Source of the DNA: Cyanidioschyzon merolae
Taxonomy: Eukaryota
DNA length: 64,000 nt
Reading direction: 5' to 3' (one strand)
Assembly: GCA_000091205.1 (NCBI GenBank)
Contig: AP006484.2
Under the pieces are notes generated by a model. The model saw nothing but the letters and a program-made list of their open reading frames with translations. It was not told the DNA's origin and did not search any database. The first letter of the stretch is position 1, and each line of letters begins with the position of its first letter. A program made the position numbers and the translations under genes. Below are positions 63,401 to 64,000 of the stretch, in pieces.

Positions 63401-64000
63401 TTGTCGGATCTGGAGCATAGCGGGTCTCTGGCTGCTGGCATCTGGGATCCGCGGAAACTTGTATACGCGGCAGAGCTTGGTTGTGCCCTGCTCCAGACGG
63501 GAATCGCCTGGCTTGGAGCGTCGACCGCTCCACTAGGTCGTCTAAGAACGGGATCATTCGAGGCGGCTTGCGAGGACGCGGTGACCCCAAATGATGCCAT
63601 GGATACCGAGTTGTCGCATGACAACACGGACGGGTCCTTGTCAGCGTTTAACCATGCTGCACGCGTTGGGCTCGGTCCGCGGACCCGACTCATGATGCAA
63701 CTTCACCTCTGGGCTGCAGTGAGACTCGCGCCTCTTTTCCTCCTACAGCGTGGTATCGCCGGCTCGAGCGCTTGGAGCGGCGCGTTTGCTTCTCGAGAGC
63801 ACGCAATGCGTCTAGCGAACGACTGGCGTCAGATGCTCGAGGCATTTCAAGCGCTCGAAGCGGCAAGTTCCAGTCATCTGACTGTACCATCGCCGACACA
63901 GGCGCATGATTTGACGTTTTCGGACCTCGGCGGCTTGTTATTGGATCTGATTGCGGTCAGAGAGCACCTGGGGATGACGCTCCGCGCGGACGGCGTCGAA
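60485..64000 (+). CDS. NUP96: Nucleoporin Nup96/Nup145C-type (partial; ORF runs off the 3' end of the window)
   Basis: By manual translation, the frame containing ATG 60485 has its nearest upstream stop at 60410 and stays open to the window end. The ORF track omitted it because no stop falls inside the window. The protein contains ...QRLQKAGDLRLALLLSRCLD..., matching Nup96 SGDHRLALLLSQ. It contains ...PHLTWIRAFALFFWYA..., matching LDWKRSLAIHLWY. It contains ...DFRLVWLLWECI..., matching DYRLSWHLWEVL. It contains ...QLESAGRPLEAIYV..., matching QLESEGLWEWAIFV. Confidence 0.7.
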   Translation, partial: MVSSPAIQVSAVQRNVESGWRAPTGYSDSEDTDDGKDERLFRSGPRRIEVPSSSESETSTSPPSKLARSTPSASSASTDGITAGAGVDEEGNESDYVAPGVSFSRLARRYTLARSWLPGVHRALFATPDEAFGAPSTDTPMDMKQHNRSVARTQRPESRHIQATDGTGDRAAAERLEPLDAATAATLQLLQSSTSTELGEQRELHKAVELSRKSLIADTASMHATGQVSDAFRSRITEQTRAPSLLASETNVQVVSVAGTSPRTAVLRSLDQLLEERMRGLDIATAFMPMARVIGPLVFANGGGPERSAKRAACGVVYPSMKMWTPSKGTADRSELHLGLVRVADDAAIEASVHCEATSRYQTLGEALATGNRRHDFFQELVTRYRTQKDEHGEIVASLLDALYGDHAGAASTWYRFSAWLRDCACPKMQSVDEFRDDWQHARAVSAVSAASDGQALDEALFLLSGGQVLAAAQRLQKAGDLRLALLLSRCLDPHEDLALDAANQVETWENDGLSEKTLGARRLDLMYLLAGQVQRASGHALVSMDEPPWFCGPHLTWIRAFALFFWYARMDASRRDALQGSMDATAGAADTNDSCTDAYADDVRFRMRLSAALDAYETAWKAAMHLRSRSRDLDDDEEQDEHEDAEDAVRPSATRSPRSSPPAMHASSRSPSPIPRSPRSPRSQLRASSRSPRSPRSPRSPRSPRSPRSQLRASSRSPSPMPRSPRSQLRASSRSLRAVAAASLARVPPPLPPALDRAHRRGELRQLPLTADEAETGPEDRVTTLAVFDAVYVLLRWYCLSPTFCSRRYQLMPECFGLHKSDSLDFRLVWLLWECIGSGAWVSVPFDWIDPLLRAQCYEAYALQLESAGRPLEAIYVRATLSRGSDLLQYLCYLWPRLLRENVPDWPVSLPVAGELRGSGPSSEASWSTVRTAADIDSLPVMRWLRERVRLPRCWLLQAHYQWLEFALVAALSDLEHSGSLAAGIWDPRKLVYAAELGCALLQTGIAWLGASTAPLGRLRTGSFEAACEDAVTPNDAMDTELSHDNTDGSLSAFNHAARVGLGPRTRLMMQLHLWAAVRLAPLFLLQRGIAGSSAWSGAFASREHAMRLANDWRQMLEAFQALEAASSSHLTVPSPTQAHDLTFSDLGGLLLDLIAVREHLGMTLRADGVE
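62487..62693 (+). repeat. In-frame 9-bp (cctagatcg)n array, arranged as three higher-order units, encoding (SPR)n-SQLRASSR within Nup96
   Basis: The DNA repeat is visible. In the Nup96 reading frame it translates to ...RSPSPIPRSPRSPRSQLRASSRSPRSPRSPRSPRSPRSPRSQLRASSRSPSPMPRSPRSQLRASS... Confidence 0.85.

Overview
This 64-kb window looks like eukaryotic nuclear DNA that is GC-rich (about 55–60% by eye) and intron-poor. It carries about 17 protein-coding genes on both strands. Each reads as one uninterrupted ORF, some as long as 4.2 kb. Several products are recognisable from conserved motifs. They include a HBS1/eRF3-family translational GTPase and an MnmG/MTO1 tRNA-modification enzyme. Also present are Mg-chelatase subunit H (CHLH, which points to a plastid-bearing alga) and a rhomboid protease. 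There is a GH31 glycosidase and a TAF4-like TFIID subunit. Others are a mitochondrial pyruvate carrier and an LDAH-like alpha/beta hydrolase with a very long N-terminal extension. A J-domain protein, a TXNDC9/PhLP3 thioredoxin-like protein and an Mps1/TTK kinase are also present, along with a Sec14 (CRAL-TRIO) protein. Finally, the nucleoporins Nup98 and Nup96 lie next to each other. There are no rRNA genes, no convincing tRNA genes and nothing prokaryote-like such as CRISPR. Several long ORFs in the track are antisense artefacts of GC-rich coding sequence. Features not explained by the genes: (i) a degenerate DNA-transposon family with two roughly 1.4-kb relic copies and two truncated terminal copies; (ii) an AT-richer 5-kb island at 39–44 kb, bounded by copies of that element, holding an unrecognisable basic 547-aa ORF; (iii) a 1425-bp direct repeat, about 99% identical, flanking the GH31 gene on both sides; (iv) a 43-bp minisatellite of about 21 units, a (CACGG)~31 microsatellite, other short tandem arrays, and a 9-bp in-frame SPR-coding array inside Nup96. 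The most interesting observation is Nup98/Nup96. These are normally one autoproteolytic precursor. Here they are two divergent genes split exactly at the F|S cleavage site, with the catalytic His replaced by Gln and a transposon relic in the shared upstream region. I did not find a coherent novel multi-gene system. The lineage guess (red alga or other intron-poor alga) is inference only.
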